Position numbers and translations under genes: made by a program
The notes under the pieces: model-generated
What the model was told of the DNA's origin: nothing
Databases searched by the model: none
What the model saw: the letters and a program-made list of their open reading frames with translations, nothing else
Shown: one piece after another, positions 1 through 9,142 of the stretch
Numbering within the stretch: the stretch's first letter is position 1
Layout: each line of letters begins with the position of its first letter
Assembly (NCBI GenBank): GCA_964588505.1
Contig: CAZPPQ010000001.1
Location: 1-58,715, forward strand
Length of the DNA stretch: 58,715 nucleotides
Source of the DNA: an uncultured Gammaproteobacteria bacterium
GTDB lineage: Bacteria; Patescibacteriota; Patescibacteriia; UBA9934; GWF2-40-263
Direction of reading: 5' to 3'

Positions 1-2
1 CT

Positions 3-575
3 GAACCGCTCCTCGTCTCCTGCAAGAGCAAATCCGCATGTATAAAATAGGCTGTCCACGAGGCTAGCCCAGAGGCTGTCCCCGAGGCTGTCCCCGAGGC
101 TGTCCCCGAGGCTAGCCCAGAGGCTGTCCCCGAGGCTGGCCCAGAGGCTGTCCACGAGGCTGGCACGGAGGCTGTCCCCGAGGCTGTCCCCGAGGCTGTC
201 CCCGAGGCTGGCCCAGAGGCTGTCCCCGAGGCTGTCTCCGAGGCTGGCCCAGAGGCTGGCCCAGAGGCTGTCCCGGAGGCTGTCCCAGAGGCTGTCTCGA
301 TAAACATTTTCGGTCATCCATTCCGGCTTTGGGAAAGGATGCTTCCGACTTACAAACACCACCTTTTCAACAGGCCTGCCTGTCGCTTTTGCAACAGCAA
401 CGGCGTAGGCGACAGCATTAATTTTCTTGTCAGGAACAAGCGGAAGCTTGCCTGTCTCCGCAACTTTGACCCAATGGACCAGAGCTTCCTCAACTCTTGT
501 CCAAAAGGCCATTTTGTCTTGCTTTTGGAAAAGATCTCTCAAAGGAGCAAGATCAACTTTGTTCATTTCTGCCAT
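3..575 (-). CDS. partial CDS running off the left edge: ~90-aa unknown N-terminal domain followed by about 20 tetrapeptide [D/A]-S-L-[W/G/R] repeats
   Basis: ATG at 575 with GGAG 7 nt upstream. I checked every plus-strand triplet starting at positions divisible by 3 from 573 down to 3 and found no tta/cta/tca. Absent from the ORF track, presumably because there is no stop in the window. Translation: MAEMNKVDLAPLRDLF...RDSLWDSLRDSLWASLWASLGDSLGDSL... Confidence 0.6.
   Translation of the reverse strand, partial: MAEMNKVDLAPLRDLFQKQDKMAFWTRVEEALVHWVKVAETGKLPLVPDKKINAVAYAVAVAKATGRPVEKVVFVSRKHPFPKPEWMTENVYRDSLWDSLRDSLWASLWASLGDSLGDSLWASLGDSLGDSLGDSLRASLVDSLWASLGDSLWASLGDSLGDSLGDSLWASLVDSLFYTCGFALAGDEERF
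51..299. repeat. tandem 12-bp repeat, about 20 units (variants gaggctgtcccc / gaggctggccca)
   Basis: Direct reading of lines 51-300. Unit variants differ at 2-4 positions. The array encodes the tetrapeptide repeats of the edge CDS. Confidence 0.9.
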
Positions 576-724
576 TGCGGTTCTCCTTTCTTCTTGTTGG
601 TTGGAAAAGAACAACCGCGAACCTTACTCCAAAGACGATTTTTGGTCAAGGTTTCTCATTTATTCCCGGGCGAAGGCATGGCGAGCATCTCGACAAGCTC
701 GATGAATAACAGGTCGCAATCTCT

Positions 725-795
725 TTTCCGGAATCCTTCCTCGCATCCGGAAAACATTTCTCGCTTTCATCCTGGAATTGACTTTTGCGGAGATC
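725..795 (-). repeat. degenerate half-copy of the F1 long-hairpin element
   Basis: The reverse complement aligns to the left arm of the elements at 3905 and 34202 (gatct.tgcaaaagtc...ttccggatgcgaggaaggattccggaaa) with about 6 mismatches. It abuts the permease stop codon at 797. Confidence 0.6.
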
Positions 796-796
796 A

Positions 797-1603
797 CTAT
801 ACTTTTCGTTTGAAAATTAACCCAAGAAAAAATAATGCGGTGCTGACGAGCACGATCGAGGCGCCGGAAGGAAGATTAAATTGATACGAAAGGAAAAGAC
901 CGATGATTACCGCAAATTCAGAGAGAACGACGGCGGCGTAAAAATACGATTTGAACGAGCCTGTGAGCAGGCGACTTGTGGCCGGCGGGATGATGAGAAG
1001 CGCGGAAATCAGAATGATTCCAAGAATTTTCACACCAAGCACGGTTGTGATCGCGAGCATGACATACAATGCGAGCGTGTGCCATTGCGTGCGAATGCCG
1101 GAAACCGCCGCGGTTTCTTCTGAAAGCGAGAGCAAAGTCAACGGACGGAATACGCGCCAGAGCCAGAATCCCATCACAAGGAATAGCCCGGCAATCGCGT
1201 ACACATCGGTTATACTGATTGCTAGGATATTTCCGAATAGATATGTAAGAAGCTCTGGCTGATAGCCTTTTGTCAGGCTCATCAAGACAACACCGAGCGC
1301 CATGCTGGCCGTGAACGCAATACCGATCAGTGTGTCAGAAGAGAGTCGTGTTTTGCGCTCGAACCAAAACAAAGCGAGCGCGACAAAAATTGCCCAGGCA
1401 ATCGCGATCGGAAGCGGAGCCATGCCGGCCAAAACAGCAATCGCGATGCCGGCAAGCGACGCGTGCGCGATCCCTTCGCCGAACAGCGCCATCCCGCGGA
1501 GCGTTACGAACACTCCGAGACTCGCGAGCATCGGGGCAATCAGTACGCTTGCCATCACAGCGCGCTGGAGAAATGGAAATTGCAGGAGATCTTGAAAAAA
1601 CAT
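797..1603 (-). CDS. metal (Zn/Mn-type) ABC transporter permease, ABC-3 family
   Basis: 268 aa, multi-pass membrane protein. The N-terminus (FPFLQRAVMASVLIA...GEGIAHASLAGIAIAV) is typical of ZnuB/MntB/TroCD permeases. Lies in an operon with ATPase and binding-protein genes. Confidence 0.85.
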   Translation of the reverse strand: MFFQDLLQFPFLQRAVMASVLIAPMLASLGVFVTLRGMALFGEGIAHASLAGIAIAVLAGMAPLPIAIAWAIFVALALFWFERKTRLSSDTLIGIAFTASMALGVVLMSLTKGYQPELLTYLFGNILAISITDVYAIAGLFLVMGFWLWRVFRPLTLLSLSEETAAVSGIRTQWHTLALYVMLAITTVLGVKILGIILISALLIIPPATSRLLTGSFKSYFYAAVVLSEFAVIIGLFLSYQFNLPSGASIVLVSTALFFLGLIFKRKV

Positions 1604-1618
1604 ATGACTTTTTAATTT

Positions 1619-1640
1619 CCTAACTCCCTAACTCCCTAAA
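1619..1640. repeat. octamer array (cctaactc units) between permease and ATPase genes
   Basis: cctaactccctaactccctaaa read directly; 8-nt period with CTAA cores. Confidence 0.7.
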
Positions 1641-1642
1641 AG

Positions 1643-2401
1643 TTACAAATGATGCTCATGATGAAACGGCGTTGCGCGCGTGTGATACAGCTCGGACAAA
1701 TGTTTCTCGGTAAGCGCGTGCTTTGGCGAGCCTGTGCAAAGAATCCGCTTGTTGAGACAAATGACTTGGCCAACCAGCCGATCCACCATCGAGATGTCGT
1801 GGGACACCATAAGGACGGTTGTGCCGTGTTCGTGATTCAGATGATCAATCACATCATAAAGCGCCGTTTCACCAACCATATCAATCCCGGTCGAGGGCTC
1901 GTCAAGAAAAAGGATGCTCGGATCATTCAAAATCGCCTGAGCCACGAGAACACGTTGAAGCTGGCCGCCAGAAAGGTGCCCGATGCGTTTTGTTAAAACA
2001 GATTGTGCAATCCCGACTTCCTCGAGCTTTTGACGAATGCTTGCTTTCGGATTGCGATAGTGCCTCGCCAGATCCATAAATTCATGCACGGTGATCGGAA
2101 ATTCGCGATCAAAAGAAAATTTCTGCGGCACATAGCCGATCTCTTTGCGCACTTCTGAAATCGGCTTGCCTTGTAATAAGACGCGGCCGGACCCAAACGG
2201 AAGCAGGCCGAGCATGGCACACATGAGCGTTGTTTTTCCGGATCCGTTCGGGCCGATAATCGCGGCAATCGTTCCATGAGTTATGGAAAACGAAATATCC
2301 TCCAGCACGCGCTGGGTTCCAAGAGTGATGGAGAGACCCTCGACCGAAATTGCCGGAACATCCTTGTGATCCTTATGGATTGTCGGCGATGGCTTTAGCA
2401 T
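1643..2401 (-). CDS. metal ABC transporter ATP-binding protein
   Basis: Walker A GPNGSGKTT, ABC signature LSGGQLQRV, Walker B ILFLDEP. Confidence 0.9.
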   Translation of the reverse strand: MLKPSPTIHKDHKDVPAISVEGLSITLGTQRVLEDISFSITHGTIAAIIGPNGSGKTTLMCAMLGLLPFGSGRVLLQGKPISEVRKEIGYVPQKFSFDREFPITVHEFMDLARHYRNPKASIRQKLEEVGIAQSVLTKRIGHLSGGQLQRVLVAQAILNDPSILFLDEPSTGIDMVGETALYDVIDHLNHEHGTTVLMVSHDISMVDRLVGQVICLNKRILCTGSPKHALTEKHLSELYHTRATPFHHEHHL

Positions 2402-3305
2402 TTTCCATCATGAGATTAATGAATGAGTCGCGCGGGGGTTTGCCGCCGATATCATCGAGAATGACGAGGCGCAGACCATAATCATTCGCAAATGGTCGGA
2501 GCGTCTCGGTCGAGAATTGCGGCTCGTGGAAGAGTGAACGCGCGCCAGACGCTTTGACGGCCTTTGCGAGCGCCGTAAGATAAAGTGCGGACGGTTCGCG
2601 CCCAGCTGTCGGCAGATATGTTCCAGCTATCGTGAGTCCGTAGGCATCAACGAAATAATACCACGCATCGTGCAAAGTGATGAGGGTCCGGCCTTTTGCA
2701 GGCGCCAAAATCATTTGTATTTTTTCTTCGGCTATGGAAAGTTTTTCAAGATATGCGTCCGTATTTTTTTGAAATTGGTCCGCGCGAGCAGGGAACCGCG
2801 ATCTTAAATCGGCATTGATTGTCTGCACCATCCTCTTGGCGTTCTGCATCGTGAGCCAAAAGTGAGGATCAACAGGACCCTCTTCTTCTGCGCCTCTGTC
2901 TGTAAAAATGACTTGCGATTGGCGAAGTCGGATCCCTGTATCCAAAACAACTTCCTCTGCATTCGTATTTGCGATAATCGGTCGAATCCACTCGTCAATT
3001 CCATGTCCGATTGTATAGACAGCCTCGGCACGTTGCAATTCTTTGATACGGGAAGGCGGCGGTTCAAACATGTGAGGCTCGCTCCCTGGCGGGACGATAA
3101 GGACGACCTTGACTTCGTTGCCGGCCACTTCGCGCGCGAGATCGTAGACAGGAAAAATGGAAGCGGCTACAAGAGGTTTTTGAGAGAGTTGAAAAGACGA
3201 TTTTTGAAAAAAATCCGCAATAAAAAAAAGACCGATCGCGACAAACAGACAGACAGCAATAATAAAAATTTTTCGACTCACAATTTGATAGGACCTATTG
3301 GTCAT
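2373..3305 (-). CDS. metal ABC transporter substrate-binding protein (ZnuA/TroA-like)
   Basis: 310 aa with an N-terminal membrane anchor. Looks like the cluster-9 binding-protein family. First gene of the three-gene importer operon. Confidence 0.8.
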   Translation of the reverse strand: MTNRSYQIVSRKIFIIAVCLFVAIGLFFIADFFQKSSFQLSQKPLVAASIFPVYDLAREVAGNEVKVVLIVPPGSEPHMFEPPPSRIKELQRAEAVYTIGHGIDEWIRPIIANTNAEEVVLDTGIRLRQSQVIFTDRGAEEEGPVDPHFWLTMQNAKRMVQTINADLRSRFPARADQFQKNTDAYLEKLSIAEEKIQMILAPAKGRTLITLHDAWYYFVDAYGLTIAGTYLPTAGREPSALYLTALAKAVKASGARSLFHEPQFSTETLRPFANDYGLRLVILDDIGGKPPRDSFINLMMENAKAIADNP

Positions 3306-3326
3306 AGAAGATCTACAGGACCTATC
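3287..3326. repeat. direct repeat of aggacctat (family iii octamer units) over the binding-protein start codon
   Basis: gataggacctattggtcatagaagatctacaggacctatc. The first copy encodes N-terminal residues TNRSYQ. Confidence 0.6.
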
Positions 3327-3345
3327 ATGCCAGTCATCGCAAAAG

Positions 3346-3374
3346 TTGACAATATGTTTTCTATTTTTTATAGT
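3346..3374 (+). promoter_or_regulatory. sigma70-type promoter for greA
   Basis: TTGACA (3346-3351), 17-nt spacer, TATAGT (3369-3374), 33 nt upstream of the greA ATG. Confidence 0.65.
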
Positions 3375-3406
3375 GCGTAGAGATATGTTTTGTTTTTAAT
3401 GATGTT

Positions 3407-3862
3407 ATGCCGACCTATTTATCAAAAGTGGGGCTCGAGACGCTGAACACGGAACTTCGACAGCGTAAAACAGTTGTACGCGCGGAAATAGCGGATCGCA
3501 TCGCTTCGGCAAAAGAACTGGGCGATCTTTCGGAAAATTTCGAATATCATGAGGCGAAAGAATCGCAAGCGCAAAATGAAATGCGCATTCTCGAATTGGA
3601 GAACATGGTCAAAGACACGGTCATGGTCGAACAGCAAAGTGGTGGAAACACGATCGAACTCGGGACGACTTTTGTCGTGGAAACAGAAGGCGGGGAACGG
3701 AAATTCGAGATTGTCGGATCAAATGAATCCGATCCGGTCGGCGGCAAAATCAGCAATGAATCGCCGCTCGGCCAGGCGTTTATCGGCCGTGGCAAAGGGG
3801 AAGTGGTTGAGGTCTCGGTTCCTTCCGGAACCATGACGTACAAGATTCTCTCCATTCAGTAA
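3407..3862 (+). CDS. greA: transcription elongation factor GreA
   Basis: 151 aa with the N-terminal coiled-coil motif LSENFEYHEAKE and the C-terminal motif ISNESPLGQAFIG. Confidence 0.9.
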   Translation: MPTYLSKVGLETLNTELRQRKTVVRAEIADRIASAKELGDLSENFEYHEAKESQAQNEMRILELENMVKDTVMVEQQSGGNTIELGTTFVVETEGGERKFEIVGSNESDPVGGKISNESPLGQAFIGRGKGEVVEVSVPSGTMTYKILSIQ

Positions 3863-3868
3863 ATTTGA

Positions 3869-3897
3869 TTGACATCCAGATGCATTTACGAATAAAA
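3869..3897 (+). promoter_or_regulatory. possible promoter reading into F1 element and lysS
   Basis: TTGACA, 17-nt spacer, ATAAAA (4/6 match to the -10 consensus). Confidence 0.35.
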
Positions 3898-3904
3898 TAC
3901 AGCA

Positions 3905-4065
3905 GGGATCTCTGCAAAAGTCCATTTCAGGATGAAAGCGAGGAATGTTTTCCGGATGCGAGGAAGGATTCCGGAAATGATATCGCCATATCATTGAGGA
4001 ATCCTGACGACGCAGCCGGAAAACATAACCGCTTTCAGGCCGGAAGCGACTTTTGCAGAGGTCCC
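3905..4065 (+). repeat. F1 long-hairpin (MITE/RPE-like) element, copy A, 161 nt
   Basis: 18-nt terminal inverted repeats gggatctctgcaaaagtc / gacttttgcagaggtccc. Nested internal pairings: gaaagcg/cgctttc, atgttttccgg/ccggaaaacat, aggattcc/ggaatcct, atgatat/atatcat. 160/161 identical to the copy at 34202. Confidence 0.85.
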
Positions 4066-4163
4066 CATAGATAGTGCCGTATTTTTGAAAGTCCTGGAGC
4101 CTCACCCGCCCGAACAAACGAATTTCGCACTGTCGTCTGGTCGGGCGGGCGCCCAAAGCCCTT

Positions 4164-5630
4164 ATGATTGACGAGGAATCAGTTCGCAGAGAACGACTCA
4201 AAAAACTTGTAGATGCGGGCGTAGACCCATTTCCTGCGCGCGCCGAGCGAACGCATACGATTGCCGAATTTCTTGCGCAGTTCGAGACGCTTCAATCCTC
4301 CGAAACTCGGGTAACGCTGGTCGGCCGCTTCCGCACGATCCGTAAGCACGGCGGCCTCACATTCGCGCATCTCGAAGACGGTTCCGGTCGAGTTCAGGTT
4401 GCGTTTCATCGCGACCGTTTTGGCGAAGACAAATACACATTTTTTCACGCCACCATGGACATCGGCGATTTCGTCGAGCTCAAAGGAAAGACTTTTGTTA
4501 CCAAAAAAGGCGAACGCTCGCTCGACGTGCTTTCCTGCAAGCTCCTTGCGAAATCCCTCTTGCCACTTCCGGAAAAATGGCATGGACTTTCTGATGTTGA
4601 GATCCGCTACCGTCAGCGCGAGCTTGACCTGATTGCAAATGATGAAGTGCGGCGTATGTTCAAATTGCGGGCAACGGCGATGAAAGCCATCCGAAATTAT
4701 CTTGATGATCACGGATTTTTGGAAGTCGAGACACCGGTGCTCCAGACGATTCCCGGCGGCGCGTCCGCGAAGCCGTTCATGACGCATCACAACGCGCTTG
4801 AACTCGACATGTATCTTCGCATTGCTCCGGAACTCTACCTCAAACGCTGTATCGTCGGCGGGTATGAACGCGTTTACGAAATGGCCCGATGCTTCCGCAA
4901 TGAAGGCGTGGATCATCTGCATAATCCTGAATTTACGCAAGTGGAGGGATATGCGGCTTACATGGATTATGAAGAGCTGATGAACTTCTTGGAAGGAATG
5001 ATGATCGAGGTTTTGAAAGCGTGCGGATTGCATCCGTCCGCGGTTCCATTTCAGGGCGATACGCTGGATTTTTCAACACCATGGCCGCGCGTCAAATTTC
5101 GCGACGTAATTCTAGAGCATACAAACATTGATATTGACGCGTTCAAGACGCGCGATGACATCGCCAAAGCCGCAATAAAAAACGGGGTCCCTGTGCAACC
5201 GACGGACAGCCAGATGACGATCGTGGATAACATCTACAAAACGCACGTGAGACCGAAGATCATCCAGCCGACCTATCTCATAGATTATCCGGCCGAGATT
5301 TCACCTCTGGCAAAACGCAAAGCATCCAATCCGCGCGTTGTGGAAATGTTTCAGCTTGTCTATGGCCGTGGCGTTGAAAACATCAAGGCATTTTCAGAAT
5401 TGAACGACCCGATTGATCAAGAATTCCGGTTCAAGGAGCAGGAAGCGTCCCGCGCGAAAGGGGATGAGGAAGCGCAATTCGGAGACGAAGATTTTGTCAC
5501 GGCGTTGAAGCACGGCATGCCGCCGACCGCCGGATTCGGCATGGGGATTGATCGGTTGATGATGCTTCTCACGGATTCGCATAGTTTGAAAGAGGTCATT
5601 TTGTTCCCAACATTGCGGCCGGAGTTTTGA
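4164..5630 (+). CDS. lysS: lysine--tRNA ligase (class II)
   Basis: 488 aa with an OB-fold N-domain and class II motifs (CFRNEG, GMGIDRLMMLL). Confidence 0.95.
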   Translation: MIDEESVRRERLKKLVDAGVDPFPARAERTHTIAEFLAQFETLQSSETRVTLVGRFRTIRKHGGLTFAHLEDGSGRVQVAFHRDRFGEDKYTFFHATMDIGDFVELKGKTFVTKKGERSLDVLSCKLLAKSLLPLPEKWHGLSDVEIRYRQRELDLIANDEVRRMFKLRATAMKAIRNYLDDHGFLEVETPVLQTIPGGASAKPFMTHHNALELDMYLRIAPELYLKRCIVGGYERVYEMARCFRNEGVDHLHNPEFTQVEGYAAYMDYEELMNFLEGMMIEVLKACGLHPSAVPFQGDTLDFSTPWPRVKFRDVILEHTNIDIDAFKTRDDIAKAAIKNGVPVQPTDSQMTIVDNIYKTHVRPKIIQPTYLIDYPAEISPLAKRKASNPRVVEMFQLVYGRGVENIKAFSELNDPIDQEFRFKEQEASRAKGDEEAQFGDEDFVTALKHGMPPTAGFGMGIDRLMMLLTDSHSLKEVILFPTLRPEF

Positions 5631-6796
5631 TGAGGAGGGATCCCATTTTTTTGTATCGTATGGCCCTCCACCGAACATGGATTGAGCTCGACGAGCGGGC
5701 TCTTGCTGGAAACATTGCGACATTGCGACGGCTATCTCCGGAAGCCCGTTTTTGCGCTGTGATCAAAGCAAACGCCTATGGGCACGGAATAAAAGAGATC
5801 GCGCAAGTGGCTTCGCGGAACGGCGTGGATGCGTTCGGCGTCGACCATATTGACGATGCGTTATTTTTGCGCGCGATTTTTCCTGGCGCTTTGGTGTTGG
5901 TTCTCGGGTATACGATGCGCGATCGTTACGCCGAGGCGATCGCCGGACACATTGATTTGACGGTTTATGACGTGGAGGCGATCAAGGCTTTGGAATCCGA
6001 AGCGCTTAAGCGGGCAGGGACCGCTCATATTCATCTGAAAGTTGAGACCGGAACGGCCAGACAAGGGGTGCCGCAAGAATTTTTACCGGACATATTAAAA
6101 ACGATCGCTTCGTGCTCTCATATAAAACTTGATGGACTTTCCACACATTTTGCCACGATTGAAAATACATCCGACACACACTTTGCGACGCAACAGGTTT
6201 TCCGTTTCAGAGAAGCGGAACGGATCGCGCGCTTAATGGGATTTTCTCCAAAATGGATTCACTGTGCTTGCAGTGCAGCCATTATTCTGTATCCGGATAC
6301 ACATGGGACGATGACACGCGCCGGCATTTCGATGTACGGTATATGGCCTTCGACGGATGTGGAAATCTCCGCAAGAAAAAATCTCATCAAATGCGATTTG
6401 GCTCCTGTTCTCACATGGAAGACACGCATCGCGCAAGTGAAATCCCTCGCGGCAGGAACGCCGATCGGATACGGACTTACCGAATCCCTCAAACGTTCGA
6501 GCCGCATCGCTGTCATTCCGGTCGGATATTTCGACGGCTACGATCGCCGACTTTCTTCAATCGGCGAGGCACTTGTGTCCGGCCATCGGTGCAAAGTGAT
6601 GGGACGCATATGTATGAATATGATGATGATTGATGTGTCCGAAGTACCGAACATCGGTCCGGAACAAGAAGTGATCCTCATCGGACGGAGCGGCAGGCAC
6701 GCCGTGACATTCGAAGAGCTCGCGCAAAAAGTCGGGACCATCCCTTACGAAATTCTCACGCGCATCAATCCGCTCTTGCCGCGAATTTTGGTATAA
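5630..6796 (+). CDS. alr: alanine racemase
   Basis: PLP-lysine motif AVIKANAYGHG. ATG at 5630 overlaps the lysS TGA (TGATG); the track start at 5627 is a TTG. Confidence 0.9.
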   Translation: MRRDPIFLYRMALHRTWIELDERALAGNIATLRRLSPEARFCAVIKANAYGHGIKEIAQVASRNGVDAFGVDHIDDALFLRAIFPGALVLVLGYTMRDRYAEAIAGHIDLTVYDVEAIKALESEALKRAGTAHIHLKVETGTARQGVPQEFLPDILKTIASCSHIKLDGLSTHFATIENTSDTHFATQQVFRFREAERIARLMGFSPKWIHCACSAAIILYPDTHGTMTRAGISMYGIWPSTDVEISARKNLIKCDLAPVLTWKTRIAQVKSLAAGTPIGYGLTESLKRSSRIAVIPVGYFDGYDRRLSSIGEALVSGHRCKVMGRICMNMMMIDVSEVPNIGPEQEVILIGRSGRHAVTFEELAQKVGTIPYEILTRINPLLPRILV

Positions 6797-6806
6797 TCGG
6801 CAAGAA

Positions 6807-6871
6807 GGGCGTTAGGCTCTAGGCTTTAGGACATTAAAGTTTAAATCCTTAACTCCCTAAATCCCTAACGG
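6807..6871. repeat. inverted pair of octamer arrays (ggcgttag/ggctctag ... ctaactcc/ctaaatcc)
   Basis: gggcgttaggctctaggctttagg, 11-nt spacer, taaatccttaactccctaaatccctaacgg. Fills the alr to ftsQ-like intergenic gap. Confidence 0.8.
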
Positions 6872-6877
6872 CTACCT

Positions 6878-7732
6878 ATGTCATCCACAGGAGGATATTT
6901 TCGACAAACGCAACGGAAACGTCTCGTGGTGCGGCCGTATCAAAATCCTTATTTCAGGCGCGAGCCGAAACGAAACTGGCGGAGATGGCTATTCATCGGG
7001 ATCGGATGCGTTTCGGCCGGGCTCGTATTCTTTTTTTTGGCCGCGCCGTGGTTTGAAATCCACGCGGTTGAAATCCGCGGAACCGAAATTCTCGTCCCTC
7101 GTGAAATCGAAGTGCGCGTCCGCGATCATCTCAACCAAAGACGTTTTTTTTCCTTTAAGAATGGCAATCAATTTCTCTTCCGACCGCAAGAATTAACAAA
7201 GGCTCTTGAAAAACAATACGTATTTGAATCTCTTTCCGTTATGAGGGAGGGCGGAACCGTGCGCATTGACATCCGCGAAAAACAATCCGAACTGGTGTGG
7301 ATGACACCTGAGAAAACCTATATCATTGATCGTGAAGGAGTCGTTCTCCGAACACTCTCGCAAGAAGAGAGCGGGGCGCGAGAAAATGGAACAGACCCTT
7401 TTGCTAGACTGCTTCAGTGCCGCAGTATGCAAAAACAGGCTCTATCGGTCGGGGCGTCGGTTCTCAACCCTTCTGAAGTCGAGACGCTTTTTTTCTTTCG
7501 GCGCGAGTGGGAACCGCTCGGAATTTTTATCAAGGAGATCAAAATTGATCGCGCTTCCGGCTCATGGATGACCGCAAAAACAGGGTTGGGATTTGAAATC
7601 CTTTTTGATCCGAACGGATCGGCTAAAGATCAAACATCCAACCTTTTTACGGTTTTTCGCGATCAAATCAAGGATCCCGGTCTACTTGAATATATTGATC
7701 TGCGGTTTGGAAATCACGTCTATTACAAATAG
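6878..7732 (+). CDS. FtsQ-like cell division protein (TM + POTRA)
   Basis: Basic N-terminus, one TM (WLFIGIGCVSAGLVFFFLA), then a POTRA-like segment IHAVEIRGTEILVPREI. Confidence 0.55.
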   Translation: MSSTGGYFRQTQRKRLVVRPYQNPYFRREPKRNWRRWLFIGIGCVSAGLVFFFLAAPWFEIHAVEIRGTEILVPREIEVRVRDHLNQRRFFSFKNGNQFLFRPQELTKALEKQYVFESLSVMREGGTVRIDIREKQSELVWMTPEKTYIIDREGVVLRTLSQEESGARENGTDPFARLLQCRSMQKQALSVGASVLNPSEVETLFFFRREWEPLGIFIKEIKIDRASGSWMTAKTGLGFEILFDPNGSAKDQTSNLFTVFRDQIKDPGLLEYIDLRFGNHVYYK

Positions 7733-7759
7733 AGACTCTCGTCTCAAAAATTTATTTCT

Positions 7760-8998
7760 ATGATTTCAAGCTCACACGTAACGTACGACGATGCAAACAT
7801 GGGAAAAGCCAATGAAGGAACGAGCGAAATTTCCGACAAATTGAAGAAAGCGCACGAGCGAATTGAGACGTTACGCAACGACGGCGCTCAAGGTTTTTTC
7901 GATCTGCCATTTGATGGAAAGATCGCCAAGGAGTTGGAACGGATGGCGAAAGAAATTCGCGGCCGCGGAATCAAGACATCCATCGTGATCGGCATAGGCG
8001 GATCAAACTTGGGTGCGAAAACCATTTTGCGCGCGCTGGATGAGGGGAAGGGGGCCGAAACGATTTTTCTAGACAATCCGGATCCGGAAAGCGTGTTTCC
8101 GTTTTTGTCCCCGTCATTTGATTGGAAAAAAACGATCCTTCTCGTCATCTCCAAATCCGGCCGGACGCTTGAGACAACGGCCATTTTTGACGCGCTTTGG
8201 AAAGTTTTAAAAAAAACTCTGGGTTCAACGGCAAACGAACACGTATTTATCATTACCGAATTGGTTTCCGGAAATCCACTTTTTGAGCGCGCCAAACAAG
8301 AATCATTTCAAGTGTTTCCGCATCCGACAAATACGGGCGGACGGTTTTCCGTTCTCTCGGCCGTTGGCCTTTTTCCCGCGGCATTGGCCGGATTGAACAT
8401 CAGAGGCTTGTTGAACGGAGCGAAAGAGATGGAGGAAGCCCGTCGAAAAGAAGGGATCAAACATCTCGCGGTACAATTTGCGGCTCGACAATATATTGCT
8501 TTGATTCAAGGAAAAAAGAGTATCCATGTCTTGATGCCATATGCAGATCGTTTGAGTCAATTCGTATTCTGGTTCTGTCAGCTTTGGGCCGAGTCTCTCG
8601 GAAAAAATGGACGCGGACAAACGCCGCTTCCGGCAATCGGAACGGTTGATCAACATGCGCAGATCCAGCTTTTTATTGATGGACCGGGCGACAAAGTCGT
8701 GACGTTTATCGCCGTGGAAAAAATGATGAAACAAGTGAAAACTCCTTCCGGATTGAATTTCGCTAAAATCATGGATGCCTCAAGGCAGGGAACAGCCCAT
8801 GCGCTCACGGCGCAAGGGAAACTGAATGGAACGCTGACAATTCCATCGCTCACTCCAGAGTCGCTAGGCGCGCTCTTTCAATTTTTTATGCTTGCGACAG
8901 CTTACTTGGGAGAGCTGCTTGAAATTAATGTGTATGACCAGCCGGGCGTCGAAGCCGGAAAAAAAGAAACGATGCGTTTGTTGGGTCTTGGGTCGTAA
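7760..8998 (+). CDS. pgi: glucose-6-phosphate isomerase (short SIS-type)
   Basis: GIGGSNLG and SKSGRTLET motifs; 412 aa. Confidence 0.85.
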   Translation: MISSSHVTYDDANMGKANEGTSEISDKLKKAHERIETLRNDGAQGFFDLPFDGKIAKELERMAKEIRGRGIKTSIVIGIGGSNLGAKTILRALDEGKGAETIFLDNPDPESVFPFLSPSFDWKKTILLVISKSGRTLETTAIFDALWKVLKKTLGSTANEHVFIITELVSGNPLFERAKQESFQVFPHPTNTGGRFSVLSAVGLFPAALAGLNIRGLLNGAKEMEEARRKEGIKHLAVQFAARQYIALIQGKKSIHVLMPYADRLSQFVFWFCQLWAESLGKNGRGQTPLPAIGTVDQHAQIQLFIDGPGDKVVTFIAVEKMMKQVKTPSGLNFAKIMDASRQGTAHALTAQGKLNGTLTIPSLTPESLGALFQFFMLATAYLGELLEINVYDQPGVEAGKKETMRLLGLGS

Positions 8999-9142
8999 AA
9001 CAGTTAAACGACACGCCTAACGCCTAAAACGCGCCAGGACGATTTGATGGGTATGCTCGTACCTCTATTAGGCCCTATAGGATCTATGGGGCCATGGCAA
9101 CAGGGCGTACATCGTAGGGAGTGTTGGAAAATATCGGCTATC

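Noticed and set aside
51-299. CRISPR interpretation of the 12-bp array and of the octamer arrays
   Set aside because: The units are directly tandem with no unique spacers, are far shorter than CRISPR repeats, and there are no cas genes in the window.
112-321. Track ORF of 69 aa (GQPLGQPRGQP repeats) on the minus strand
   Set aside because: It lies in the 12-bp repeat array, which is largely stop-free across minus-strand frames. A different frame has an RBS-preceded ATG at 575 and stays open for 191 codons to the window edge, so this ORF is most likely a frame artefact.
339-884. Plus-strand ORFs of 181, 92 and 70 aa at the left end
   Set aside because: They are antisense to the better-supported minus-strand edge CDS and run across the F1 half-copy and into the permease gene. 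They have Cys/Phe-rich non-protein-like composition and no RBS.
3719-4201. ORFs spanning the F1 element (3719-4201 minus, 3865-4074 plus; also 33901-34416 plus)
   Set aside because: Their open frames are explained by the stop-free palindromic element itself. There is no RBS, and the flanking parts differ between copies.
4179-5033. Long antisense ORFs opposite lysS (284 aa), lepA (42723-43553, 276 aa), the membrane partner gene (52622-53545, 307 aa) and secD (56013-56720)
   Set aside because: In every case the opposite strand encodes a protein with unmistakable family motifs. These look like by-products of codon usage that avoids antisense stops.
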